NCBI GenBank assembly: GCA_963735035.1
Contig: CAVTJJ010000004.1
Coordinates: 544,001-608,000, forward strand
DNA length: 64,000 bases
DNA from: an uncultured candidate division Zixibacteria bacterium
GTDB taxonomy: Bacteria; Zixibacteria; MSB-5A5; GN15; FEB-12
Direction: 5' to 3'
This document shows, in pieces, positions 17,384 through 26,076 of the stretch (the first letter of the stretch is position 1; every line of letters starts with the position of its first letter). Position numbers and translations under genes: made by a program. Under the pieces are notes generated by a model, which worked only from the letters and a program-made list of their open reading frames with translations, ran no database searches and was not told where the DNA came from.

Positions 17384-18414
17384 CTGTGAACACCGCGCCT
17401 ACTACCCCTGAACGAAAGTTTGAAGTCATCGGCTGGGAAATCACCGGTCAGTGCAATTTGAAGTGTGCCCATTGTTTCACGGCCGCCGCGACCCGTCCCC
17501 ATGATGAACTCAGCACGACCGAGTGTCGCCGGGTGATAGACTCACTCCACACACTCGGTGTTGAAATGATCGGCTGGACCGGCGGCGAACCGCTCCTGCG
17601 AGCCGACCTTGAAGAGCTCAGCGCCTACGCCTGGGAAAAGGGGATGCGCAGCACGATTACGTCCAACGGCGTTCTCATGTCCGAGGAGCGTGCCGCGAAT
17701 TTAATCGCAGCCGGTAATCGCACAATTCAGATCAGCCTGGACGGTTCTACGGCTGCCAGGAACCACTTGATGCGCGGCACTACCGACGCCGAGTACGACG
17801 CCGTTGTGAAGGCAATTCGCGTATGTAAGAAGGCGGGCGCCCGCGTGGTGATGGCATCGTTGGTGGGGCGTGAAAATCTCGATGATGTCGCCGCCCTTCT
17901 CGATTTCGCAAAGCGCGAGGGGGTGGATACGATTCGGTTTTGCGGCTTCACTCCGGTTGGTCGGGGCAAACACCAGAAGGTGCAGGATCGGCTCCTCATC
18001 TCGGATCGAATGAAAGAATTGCTCGAATTTATCAGGCAGGCTCAGGAAGAGGTTTCACTTCTGACCGAGTTCGACGTCGGTTTTGGTCCAGTCCCACCGG
18101 TATTTGATTTCCACAAATGTGTCGCCGGGGTCAAGACCTGTTACATCAAAGGGAATGGCGACGTTTATCCCTGTACCGCTCTGTGTGTGCCACAATTCCT
18201 AATCGGGAATGTGCGGGAACGATCGTTGGAAGAATTGTGGGAGATGCCCATGATGAGAGCGGCGTCGGAATATCCGCACGAACAAATTACCGGCCCGTGT
18301 CGGACGTGCGACAATTTTGCCGCCTGTCACGGGGCCTGTCGCGGGGCTACTCTGGCGATGACGGGCGACATCAACGCTTCGTTTCCGCACTGTCTGTATC
18401 GAGCGGCTCTCTGA
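17380..18414 (+). CDS. Second radical SAM/SPASM protein (PqqE/NirJ/AhbD-like architecture, no N-terminal extension)
   Basis: WEITGQCNLKCAHC, TGGEPLLR, QISLDG; SPASM CVAG..NGDVYPC..GNVRE..CRTC..C.GACR..C; ATGA overlap with upstream rSAM. Confidence 0.92.
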   Translation: MTVNTAPTTPERKFEVIGWEITGQCNLKCAHCFTAAATRPHDELSTTECRRVIDSLHTLGVEMIGWTGGEPLLRADLEELSAYAWEKGMRSTITSNGVLMSEERAANLIAAGNRTIQISLDGSTAARNHLMRGTTDAEYDAVVKAIRVCKKAGARVVMASLVGRENLDDVAALLDFAKREGVDTIRFCGFTPVGRGKHQKVQDRLLISDRMKELLEFIRQAQEEVSLLTEFDVGFGPVPPVFDFHKCVAGVKTCYIKGNGDVYPCTALCVPQFLIGNVRERSLEELWEMPMMRAASEYPHEQITGPCRTCDNFAACHGACRGATLAMTGDINASFPHCLYRAAL

Positions 18415-18440
18415 CATCTCAATCTACATAACACAAAGAG

Positions 18441-18720
18441 AACGTCAGGCCCGGGGGCCGTATCGTTTGATCGGCAGGGTTCTAACCCTGCCGTTTTTTC
18501 GGCGGGCCGGGAGGCCTGCCGATCACAGGATGAGGCTGTCTTACCCGAAAAAGAAACGGCAGGCCCGGAGGCCAAATCGTTGATCGGCAGGGTTCCAACC
18601 CTGCCGTTTTTTCGGCAGGCCCGGAGGCCTGCCGATCACGGAATGAGGCTGTCTTACCCGAAAAAGAAACGGCAGGCCGGGAGGCCAAATCGTTTGATCG
18701 GCAGGGTTCCAACCCTGCCG
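18441..18720. repeat. BIME-like tandem array, ~113-114 bp period, ~2.5 units
   Basis: GATCGGCAGGGTT..AACCCTGCCG starts at 18469, 18582, 18696, alternating with CGGCAGGCC..GGCCTGCCGATC; linkers near-identical. Confidence 0.9.
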
Positions 18721-18764
18721 ATTATGTTTGCTGAGATTTGTCGATCAACAATTGAAATCAGTGA

Positions 18765-20501
18765 TCAGACCGGGAACTCGACCTTGGCGAACCATTCCAA
18801 CTCAAGCTCGGGGAAGAGCGAGTCGCGCTGGGAGCAATCGCGAAAATACTGCCACTCGCCTTCGGTGCCGGTTTCTCCGGCTATCAACTTATCCGCCAGG
18901 GCGGCCATCCTCTTGAAGTCTTCGTAATGTTCGGTCAGTCGTAATTCCGCATAATCACGAGCGGCGAAAGTCGAAATCAGGAACTGCCAGTCGGACGCCG
19001 AGAGAACCATCAGCTCGCGGGCGGCCTGTTTCAGGACGTTGGTCAGGTTGTCCGTGCGTTGATCCTTATGGTCGAGCCAGAACCGGGCCAGCTCGCACAT
19101 CTTCGCTTCCGCTTCATAGATGTGCACCCAGGTCCATTCCGTGTGCTGATTGAGCCAGATGAAGTGATGATTCCCCTGGCCCCAGCTTCCTTCGGGGATG
19201 GACACAACTTGCGTCGGCTTGCGGCGGTCCAGATCCTCGGATAGGAAGGTCAGCCCGATATTCTTCGATTCACATACGTCTTTGAGAACCTTCTTGAGGA
19301 AGAGCGGTCCTTCAAACCACCAATGGCCGAACAGTTCGGCGTCATACGGTGCAACCAGAATTCCGGCGCGATCGCTTTCCTTGTTGTAAGCGCACAGGAT
19401 TTCTTCAGCCTTAGCGGCGAAATGGTCGGCGTTTTCATCGAGCCGTCCGAGTGCCCCATTGTAGTTATATTCGACCTTGTCGGCCAGGTCGGACTTTGCG
19501 GATGTGACCGCCCAGTACCGCAGGCCGCCGGGGAAACGCTTCTTGTGAAAGTCCAGATAGTGGCCGTCGCCGGGGTAGCCGTGTTCGCCAGACCAGACCA
19601 GGAGCCCGGTCTCAGGATCACGGGAGAAGATCGCGGTCGGCGCCTTGCCTTCGGTATTCGAAGCGGCGATATAGACCTCGCGTGGGGTCTTGTCGAATTC
19701 TTCCTCACGCGGTAGATACTGCTTTTCGAATTGTGACCAGAGCAACTTAAGGGCGTCGAAACGGTCGACATAAACACCGACCGACTTTCCACCCTTCAGC
19801 AGCGCCGAATCTATGATGAAGAAATCGAGACCGTTCTCGGAGAGAAATTCTTCGCACCCCTTGCGGTGATAGGCGGCCTTGCTGCCATGGATAGGTACAG
19901 GGGGCGCCCAATCATAGCGCGGTCGATAGGCGCATTCGGGGAGCCAGATGCCGCGCGGTTGGCGACCGAAATGCTTCCGGTAATTCTTCACCGCGGCTTT
20001 GGTCTGGGCCTGAAGTGATTCATCGCGGGAAAGCAGCGGATAGTAGCCGTGGGTGGCGCCGCAGGTGATGATTTCCAGGTAGCCGTCGTCCTGGAGTTTC
20101 CGGAATTCGTAAAGGATATCCTGCCCCAGCTCGTTGAATTGCTCCAGGGTACGGGAAAAGAACGTTTCCCACATGTGGGAGTTTTCCAGCATGTTGTTCT
20201 GGCCGTACTTGAAGAATTCCTCGCTGTCGTGCTTTGCCGCCTTGATCTTTTGATTCAAGTAAGAGACAAATTCGGTCTTGAAATCGGCGTCCGACAGCTG
20301 CTCGCACAAGACCGGCGAAAGGCCCATCGTCAGTTTCGGACGGTACCCTTCGGCGATGAGTTCGTGCATGATGCGGAGAAGAGGAAGATAGGTCTCGGCC
20401 GCCGCCTCGCAGAGCCAATCCGTGCCGTGCGGCCAGCGTCCGTGCGAAAGGACGTACGGCAGATGTGAGTGGAGGACGACGCTGAGATATCCTTTTTTCA
20501 T
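18765..20501 (-). CDS. GH57 family glycoside hydrolase / 1,4-alpha-glucan branching enzyme (DUF1957)
   Basis: VLHSHLPYV, ETYLPLL, GIWLPECAY, PYDAELFGHWWFEG, SDWQF. Confidence 0.92.
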   Translation of the reverse strand: MKKGYLSVVLHSHLPYVLSHGRWPHGTDWLCEAAAETYLPLLRIMHELIAEGYRPKLTMGLSPVLCEQLSDADFKTEFVSYLNQKIKAAKHDSEEFFKYGQNNMLENSHMWETFFSRTLEQFNELGQDILYEFRKLQDDGYLEIITCGATHGYYPLLSRDESLQAQTKAAVKNYRKHFGRQPRGIWLPECAYRPRYDWAPPVPIHGSKAAYHRKGCEEFLSENGLDFFIIDSALLKGGKSVGVYVDRFDALKLLWSQFEKQYLPREEEFDKTPREVYIAASNTEGKAPTAIFSRDPETGLLVWSGEHGYPGDGHYLDFHKKRFPGGLRYWAVTSAKSDLADKVEYNYNGALGRLDENADHFAAKAEEILCAYNKESDRAGILVAPYDAELFGHWWFEGPLFLKKVLKDVCESKNIGLTFLSEDLDRRKPTQVVSIPEGSWGQGNHHFIWLNQHTEWTWVHIYEAEAKMCELARFWLDHKDQRTDNLTNVLKQAARELMVLSASDWQFLISTFAARDYAELRLTEHYEDFKRMAALADKLIAGETGTEGEWQYFRDCSQRDSLFPELELEWFAKVEFPV

Positions 20502-20821
20502 TTATACTCTCCAGGGGCCCCGGTTTCGAAGCCGATCGGTTTGGTGGAATTTTGCGGGCCGCCGTGCATCTTGATCTCGCCGAACTGTTCTTCGTGCTTC
20601 TTGATGTTTTGTTCGAGGGTCTGCAAAAGCAGCTTGGCGTGCATGGGGGTCATAATTATCCGCGCGACCACTTTGGCTTTGGGCGCGGCGGGCATAACTC
20701 GGGCGAAATCGAGCACCATCTCGGTGGGGGAGTTATGTATCATCGCCAGGTTGGCATAGGTCCCTTCGGCTTCTTTTTCGCCTAATTCGATATTGATCTG
20801 TTGTCGCGGTGCAGTTGTCAT
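20498..20821 (-). CDS. DUF3467 domain protein
   Basis: EGTYANLAMI.NSPTE.VLDF, ARIIMTPMHAK, N..KHE..FGEI. Confidence 0.85.
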   Translation of the reverse strand: MTTAPRQQINIELGEKEAEGTYANLAMIHNSPTEMVLDFARVMPAAPKAKVVARIIMTPMHAKLLLQTLEQNIKKHEEQFGEIKMHGGPQNSTKPIGFETGAPGEYK

Positions 20822-20967
20822 CGGTTATTTCCCTCCGGGAAACCGGTCACTGGTTCTTCACTTGTAACGGGCTAAGCATTTTAATATATTTGGCCCCCGA
20901 GTCAACCTCTTTGTCTGTCTGGACGGACCCAGGGGAGACGGAGAGATTGAGGTAAAACTGGAGCCCC

Positions 20968-22017
20968 ATGCCTTTAAGCCGTAAGCGAATCAAGGAAATA
21001 ACCGCCGGTATTGGCCATTCCCGGGTACTTATTCTGGGCGATATTATGCTGGACGAGTACCTTGTCGGTAACGTTACCCGCATTTCTCCCGAAGCGCCTG
21101 TGCCGGTAGTGGATATCGACTCAAACTGGCAGCTTCTCGGCGGGGCCGCCAACGTGGCGGCGAACATCAAAGCCCTGGGCGATGAACCGGTGCTGATCGG
21201 AGCGGTCGGCGATGACCGGGCGGCAGAGCAGCTTCGCGACCTCCTGAGACAAAAGAAGATTTCACCCGATTATCTTGTGACCGACAAATCTCGCCGCACT
21301 ACGATCAAAACCCGCATTATTGCTCACAGCCAACAGGTGGTGCGGGCCGACCGTGAGACACGTTCGGAGCTCTCGCCCGCGGTCGAAAGACAGGTCTGGA
21401 CCAGTTTCGAAAAGTCCGCCGCTCGCGCGAAAGGCGTAATCATATCCGATTACGGCAAGGGGATGATCACCCTGTCTCTGCTGGAGCGCCTGATCGACTA
21501 CTGCCTGGATAGAAGAATTTTCGTAGCGGTCGATCCGAAAGAAAACCGGTTCAACAATTACCGCCGTGTATCGCTAATCACCCCGAACCATCACGAGGCA
21601 GGATTTGCTTACGGTCGTCGTATTCAGAGCATGGAAGACCTCCTGGCGGTCGGACAAGGGTTGCTCGACCGGCTCGAAGCCGAGGCAATCTTGATCACGC
21701 GCGGTCCGGAAGGTATGTCGCTCTTCCGCCGGGGCTGTCCGCCGACTCATATTCCGACTTTCGCGCGCAAAGTGTACGATGTCACCGGCGCCGGTGATAC
21801 CGTGATCGCCGTCTTTGTGGCCGCGGTTGCCGCCGGGGCAGACCCGGTCGAGGCCGCGGTCGTTTCCAATGCCGGAGCCGGCGTGACAGTGGCCGAGGTA
21901 GGCACCGCGTCGGTTACGGTTGAACAGCTCAAATCTGAACTTGAACATCATTTAAGCAGCGGCCGTCTGGCGGCAGCCGGTCAGGCGCTGCATATACGAA
22001 AAGGACGCAAATCGTGA
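20968..22017 (+). CDS. rfaE1: D-glycero-beta-D-manno-heptose-7-phosphate kinase (RfaE domain I / HldA)
   Basis: GDIMLDEY..G.V.RISPEAPVPV, GGAANVA.N, SDYGKG, DVTGAGDT. Confidence 0.93.
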   Translation: MPLSRKRIKEITAGIGHSRVLILGDIMLDEYLVGNVTRISPEAPVPVVDIDSNWQLLGGAANVAANIKALGDEPVLIGAVGDDRAAEQLRDLLRQKKISPDYLVTDKSRRTTIKTRIIAHSQQVVRADRETRSELSPAVERQVWTSFEKSAARAKGVIISDYGKGMITLSLLERLIDYCLDRRIFVAVDPKENRFNNYRRVSLITPNHHEAGFAYGRRIQSMEDLLAVGQGLLDRLEAEAILITRGPEGMSLFRRGCPPTHIPTFARKVYDVTGAGDTVIAVFVAAVAAGADPVEAAVVSNAGAGVTVAEVGTASVTVEQLKSELEHHLSSGRLAAAGQALHIRKGRKS

Positions 22018-22946
22018 AGAAACTCGTTTGCCTTGCTTGTCTGGCCTGTCTGGTCCTGGCCGCCTGTTCTAAAGCGCCGGATCAGCCCTACAAATTCACT
22101 TATCACCCGCCGGACTCGGTCAACTTTGTCGTAGAGCTGGCCATGACCCAGTTGTACTCTCAGGGTGATCAGCAGAACCTCGACAGCACCTGGACGCTCA
22201 CCCGCCACTGCCAAAAAGCAGTGCCGGGCGGATATGAACTCTCCGGCATGACCGACTCCGTGGCGGTATTTCGCAACGGGACGCCGATGAACGATCCGAT
22301 TGTCGGGTTGTTCGCCGGAGGGAATATAGTTATGCAGATCGATACGGCCGGAAAGGCGACGGGAGTAAAGGGTTTTGAAGAGCTTATGGCTCGTTTGGAC
22401 ACACTTGTCGGCCCGGATACGGCTGCGATGGTTCGGCAGGTGGTTTCGGTTGACGCTCTCCAACAACAGGAAACGACCACCTGGAATGGCAAGTTCACAC
22501 CTTTCGTAGGCCGCGAGATGAAACTGGGACAAGTCTATTGCGACACGACTTTCCCGGAACTGCCGGTCGAAGGCAAGATGAACGCCTACCGCATCAGCGA
22601 GATAACTGACACGGTCACCATCGGCGACCGTCTCTGCGGCCGCGTCAAAGTAACCACCAGCACCGATCCGGCCGAACTGGCCCGCCTCTCAGGCAAGACC
22701 GAAGCCGATGTGGAGAAGCTATTTGCACTTACTCGGGACGCTTTCACGCAGGCCAGTCAACGTCAGGCAGGGTACTCCTCGGCACGCAACTGGGTGCTCG
22801 AATTCGAAACTATGCTTTCTCACGAAGAATCTTCGAATCAGGAGTATTTCTTCTTTGATCTATCAAACAGTGGCATGCCGGTGAAGAATCGGATGGCTGA
22901 AACTCAGAGCAAGCGATTCGTATATCCGAATGTCAGCAGTTCGTAG
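22014..22946 (+). CDS. Hypothetical lipoprotein
   Basis: Lipobox LAAC after hydrophobic stretch; GTGA overlap with rfaE1; no recognised domain. Confidence 0.75.
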   Translation: MKKLVCLACLACLVLAACSKAPDQPYKFTYHPPDSVNFVVELAMTQLYSQGDQQNLDSTWTLTRHCQKAVPGGYELSGMTDSVAVFRNGTPMNDPIVGLFAGGNIVMQIDTAGKATGVKGFEELMARLDTLVGPDTAAMVRQVVSVDALQQQETTTWNGKFTPFVGREMKLGQVYCDTTFPELPVEGKMNAYRISEITDTVTIGDRLCGRVKVTTSTDPAELARLSGKTEADVEKLFALTRDAFTQASQRQAGYSSARNWVLEFETMLSHEESSNQEYFFFDLSNSGMPVKNRMAETQSKRFVYPNVSSS

Positions 22947-23018
22947 TGTTCGGGTCGGATTGACCGGAAACCACGAACGGGCACCGATTCGTAATACGTT
23001 GTGAAAGGAAATACAGGA

Positions 23019-24926
23019 ATGAACTTCATCGCCCGACATCTCAAGAAACTCCGCACGCTGGTTGCGGCCATTACGCTATGTCTTATCGCCGCCGGTTTGA
23101 TTGCGGCTCCGACCAGTTTGGTCCGGGATTCGATTCCGGACAAGTACAAGTGGGACCTAAGTCCTATCTACGCCGACTGGAACGCCTGGGAAAAAGATTG
23201 TGCAAAAGTCTCGGCTATGATCGACACCCTGGCTAGCATGAAGGGACAGGCATCTCAAGGGGCTGAGTCGCTCCTGAGAGTGCTTCAGTGCGACGACCGG
23301 GTCGGAGAACTGGTCAATCGTGTTTCTCTCTACGCCGACCTGAGCTATGTCACGAATCAGGTGGACAACGACCTGAACGCCAAGACCCAGCGGGCAGCCC
23401 TTCTTACCGTGCGCCGGTCCGACGCTACGACCTGGTTGCAGCCGGAACTGCTCCAGCTCCAATGGGAAACGGTCAAGGGGTGGATCGATCAGACTCCCGG
23501 GCTGGCTATCTACCGATACACTCTCGATAATCTGTTCCGTCTCAAACCGCACACCCTCGATGAGAACGGCGAGAAGCTCCTGTCGTACTTCAGCACTTTC
23601 GACAACACTCCCGACGCGATCTACTCCGGTTTCATTTACTCCGACATTCAATACAATGACTATGTCTCGAAGACCGGCGACACGATTAAGCTGACCGAGT
23701 CACAGATCTGGTATCAGATCCAGACCAACCGGGACCAGGAAGAACGCCGCAAGATGTTTACTACGTTCTACGGGGCCTACAATGATTACGTCAACACTTA
23801 TGCGTCGATGTACAACAGCGTGCTGCAGCGTGATTGGGCGCTGGCGCGGGCCCGCAACTATCCGACTGCGCTTGAGGCGACGCTTAGCGCCAACGATGTC
23901 CCCCCGATCGTGTACGAGAATCAGGTGAGCACTGTCCGCGCCGGAGTTGCTCCTCTGCAGCGGTATCATCGGTTGCGCAAGCAGGCGCTCGGACTGGAGC
24001 ATTACTACTGGTCCGATCGGCAGATTCCGCTGGTCGCAAAGGAAAGCACGTATGAGTACGACTCGATCGTGCCGTGGGTGATGGAATCTTTGAAGCCGTT
24101 GGGCGAAGACTATGCCCTGAAGTTGAAGGACCTGTTCGGAAACCGTCGCATCGACGTCTACGAAAACAGCGACAAGTACACCGGCGGCTTCCAGTCGGAT
24201 ACTTACGGTACACCGCAGTTCATCCTGTTGAATTTCAACGGGACCCTGGGGGAAGTGTTTACGGTGGCGCACGAAGCCGGTCACGCCCTCCACTCCAACT
24301 ATTCCAACGCCAGTCAGCCGTACGTCAATTCCAGCTACACGATCTTCGTTGCCGAAGTCGCGTCCACGTTGAACGAAGCGCTATTTCTGGACTACCTGAT
24401 GCAGAAGGCGAAGACTTCGGATGAGCGGATTGCGATGCTCCAACGGGCGATCGAGGGGATCGAGCAGACGTTCTATCTGCAGACCATGTTTGCCGACTTC
24501 GAGTGGCAGGCCCACAAGCTGGTGGAAGCGGGCGAGCCGGTAACGGCCGACGCGCTTCGCGCCATCTGTGGCAAGCTGACAGCCGATTACTACGGTGATG
24601 CGATCGAGATGGACACGATTCTGCAATCGTACTGGACCCGTATCGGCCATTTCTTCAGCACCCCCTATTACGTATATAAGTATGCCACGAGCTACGCCGC
24701 GTCGGCGCAGATCGTACAGGGGATCCAGTCGAAGAAGTCCGCCGATCGCAAGAAGGCTCTGGAAAACTATCAAGGCCTGCTCAAATCGGGTGGCAGCGAC
24801 TATCCAATGGAACAACTTCGCAAGTGCGGAGTAGACCTGGCCAAACCGGACGCCATCCAGGCCGTGGTCAAAAGGCTCGACAACCTGGTGACGCTACTCG
24901 AAGCGGAGCTCGCAAAACGCAAGTGA
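23019..24926 (+). CDS. pepF: Oligoendopeptidase F (M3B) with N-terminal signal peptide
   Basis: KYKWDLSPIY, TVAHEAGHALHS, IFVAEVASTLNE, YYVYKYATS, GGSDYP; start may be GTG 23001. Confidence 0.9.
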   Translation: MNFIARHLKKLRTLVAAITLCLIAAGLIAAPTSLVRDSIPDKYKWDLSPIYADWNAWEKDCAKVSAMIDTLASMKGQASQGAESLLRVLQCDDRVGELVNRVSLYADLSYVTNQVDNDLNAKTQRAALLTVRRSDATTWLQPELLQLQWETVKGWIDQTPGLAIYRYTLDNLFRLKPHTLDENGEKLLSYFSTFDNTPDAIYSGFIYSDIQYNDYVSKTGDTIKLTESQIWYQIQTNRDQEERRKMFTTFYGAYNDYVNTYASMYNSVLQRDWALARARNYPTALEATLSANDVPPIVYENQVSTVRAGVAPLQRYHRLRKQALGLEHYYWSDRQIPLVAKESTYEYDSIVPWVMESLKPLGEDYALKLKDLFGNRRIDVYENSDKYTGGFQSDTYGTPQFILLNFNGTLGEVFTVAHEAGHALHSNYSNASQPYVNSSYTIFVAEVASTLNEALFLDYLMQKAKTSDERIAMLQRAIEGIEQTFYLQTMFADFEWQAHKLVEAGEPVTADALRAICGKLTADYYGDAIEMDTILQSYWTRIGHFFSTPYYVYKYATSYAASAQIVQGIQSKKSADRKKALENYQGLLKSGGSDYPMEQLRKCGVDLAKPDAIQAVVKRLDNLVTLLEAELAKRK

Positions 24927-25405
24927 AGCAGTCTGAGATATCTGAAATGCTGGTGGCGCGAAAAAACATCACCCGGCTCGCCGACGGACTCCGTCAGCGA
25001 AAGCTGAAGATTGTTTTCACCAACGGCGTCTTTGACATCCTGCATCGCGGTCATGTCCAGTACCTTCAGCAGGCGAAGTCTTTCGGCGATGTGCTCGTCG
25101 TAGGGTTGAACAGCGACCAATCGGTGCGCCGTCTCAAAGGGCGGAATCGCCCGGTGCAAAAGCAACGAGATCGGGCCGAAATCCTGCTCGCCCTCAAGGC
25201 GGTGGACTTCGTGGTGATCTTCGGTGAGGACCGGCCCGAACGGTTGATCGAGCAGATAAGGCCCAATGTGCTGGTGAAGGGCGCCGATTACAAGATGTCC
25301 GAAATCGCCGGCGCCACGTTCGTGAAATCCTACGGTGGCAGTGTGCGACGGGTGCGCCTGACATCGGGACGTTCCACCAGCGGGATTCTCAAGAAACTAA
25401 GTTAG
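24923..25405 (+). CDS. rfaE2: D-glycero-beta-D-manno-heptose 1-phosphate adenylyltransferase (RfaE domain II / HldC)
   Basis: VFTNGVFDILHRGHV.YL, VGLNSD.SVRRLKG..RP, LVKGADY; start set to GTG overlapping pepF stop (ATG 24947 alternative). Confidence 0.92.
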   Translation: MKQSEISEMLVARKNITRLADGLRQRKLKIVFTNGVFDILHRGHVQYLQQAKSFGDVLVVGLNSDQSVRRLKGRNRPVQKQRDRAEILLALKAVDFVVIFGEDRPERLIEQIRPNVLVKGADYKMSEIAGATFVKSYGGSVRRVRLTSGRSTSGILKKLS

Positions 25406-25441
25406 GTCTCCGGTGATCGGAGATCGACCTGCGAGACATAA

Positions 25442-26074
25442 ATGCCTGATACGGCTATAACAAGCGACGTCTCTTTGACCGACCGGCTGGCGTCCGGTGG
25501 TTACTGGACGGCGATTGCCGCCCGGCGTCTCGATCAGGGGAAATATTCCGAAGCGGTCGGAATCTGTCAGGAGAATATTGAGCGCGAGCCTCATTTGCTG
25601 TCGGGGCGCTTAATCTGTGGACGAGCCTTCATGCTATCGGGACAGGCCGAATCGGCGGCTGGACAGTTTCGGCGCGTACTGGCCGCCGATCCGGATAATA
25701 TCGTAGCCCTGAAATACATGGGTGATATCGCGTTCGAAGCGGGCGACTCGGCCGCTGCTCTGGCCAACTATGCCCGCATACTTGAGATCGATCCATCCTG
25801 CCGGGGTTTGAAAGCGGATATTATCCGACGCAGCCAGGCAACTACCCGGACGATTACGCTGGCACGGCGATCAGAATCACGTGCGAACTCCGATGCCGAG
25901 ACCTTGCGCGAAATCCCGTTCTATACGGAGACCATCGGTGACATCTATCTGGCCCAGGGGTACCCGCTTCTGGCCGCTCGAGTGTTTCGCAAACTGAGCG
26001 AGAATATCGATTCGCCCCGAATCGCCGAGAAACTCTCTCTTTCTGAAAGTAAGATCAAAGAAAAGGATAACTAA
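25442..26074 (+). CDS. Tetratricopeptide repeat protein
   Basis: TPR-like helices (VLAADPDN.VAL..MG, ILEIDP), TETIGDIYLAQG. Confidence 0.75.
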   Translation: MPDTAITSDVSLTDRLASGGYWTAIAARRLDQGKYSEAVGICQENIEREPHLLSGRLICGRAFMLSGQAESAAGQFRRVLAADPDNIVALKYMGDIAFEAGDSAAALANYARILEIDPSCRGLKADIIRRSQATTRTITLARRSESRANSDAETLREIPFYTETIGDIYLAQGYPLLAARVFRKLSENIDSPRIAEKLSLSESKIKEKDN

Positions 26075-26076
26075 CC

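Noticed and set aside
18441..18720. Possible CRISPR array
   Set aside because: Sequences between the palindromes are near-identical rather than unique spacers, the period is ~113 bp, and no cas genes are in the window
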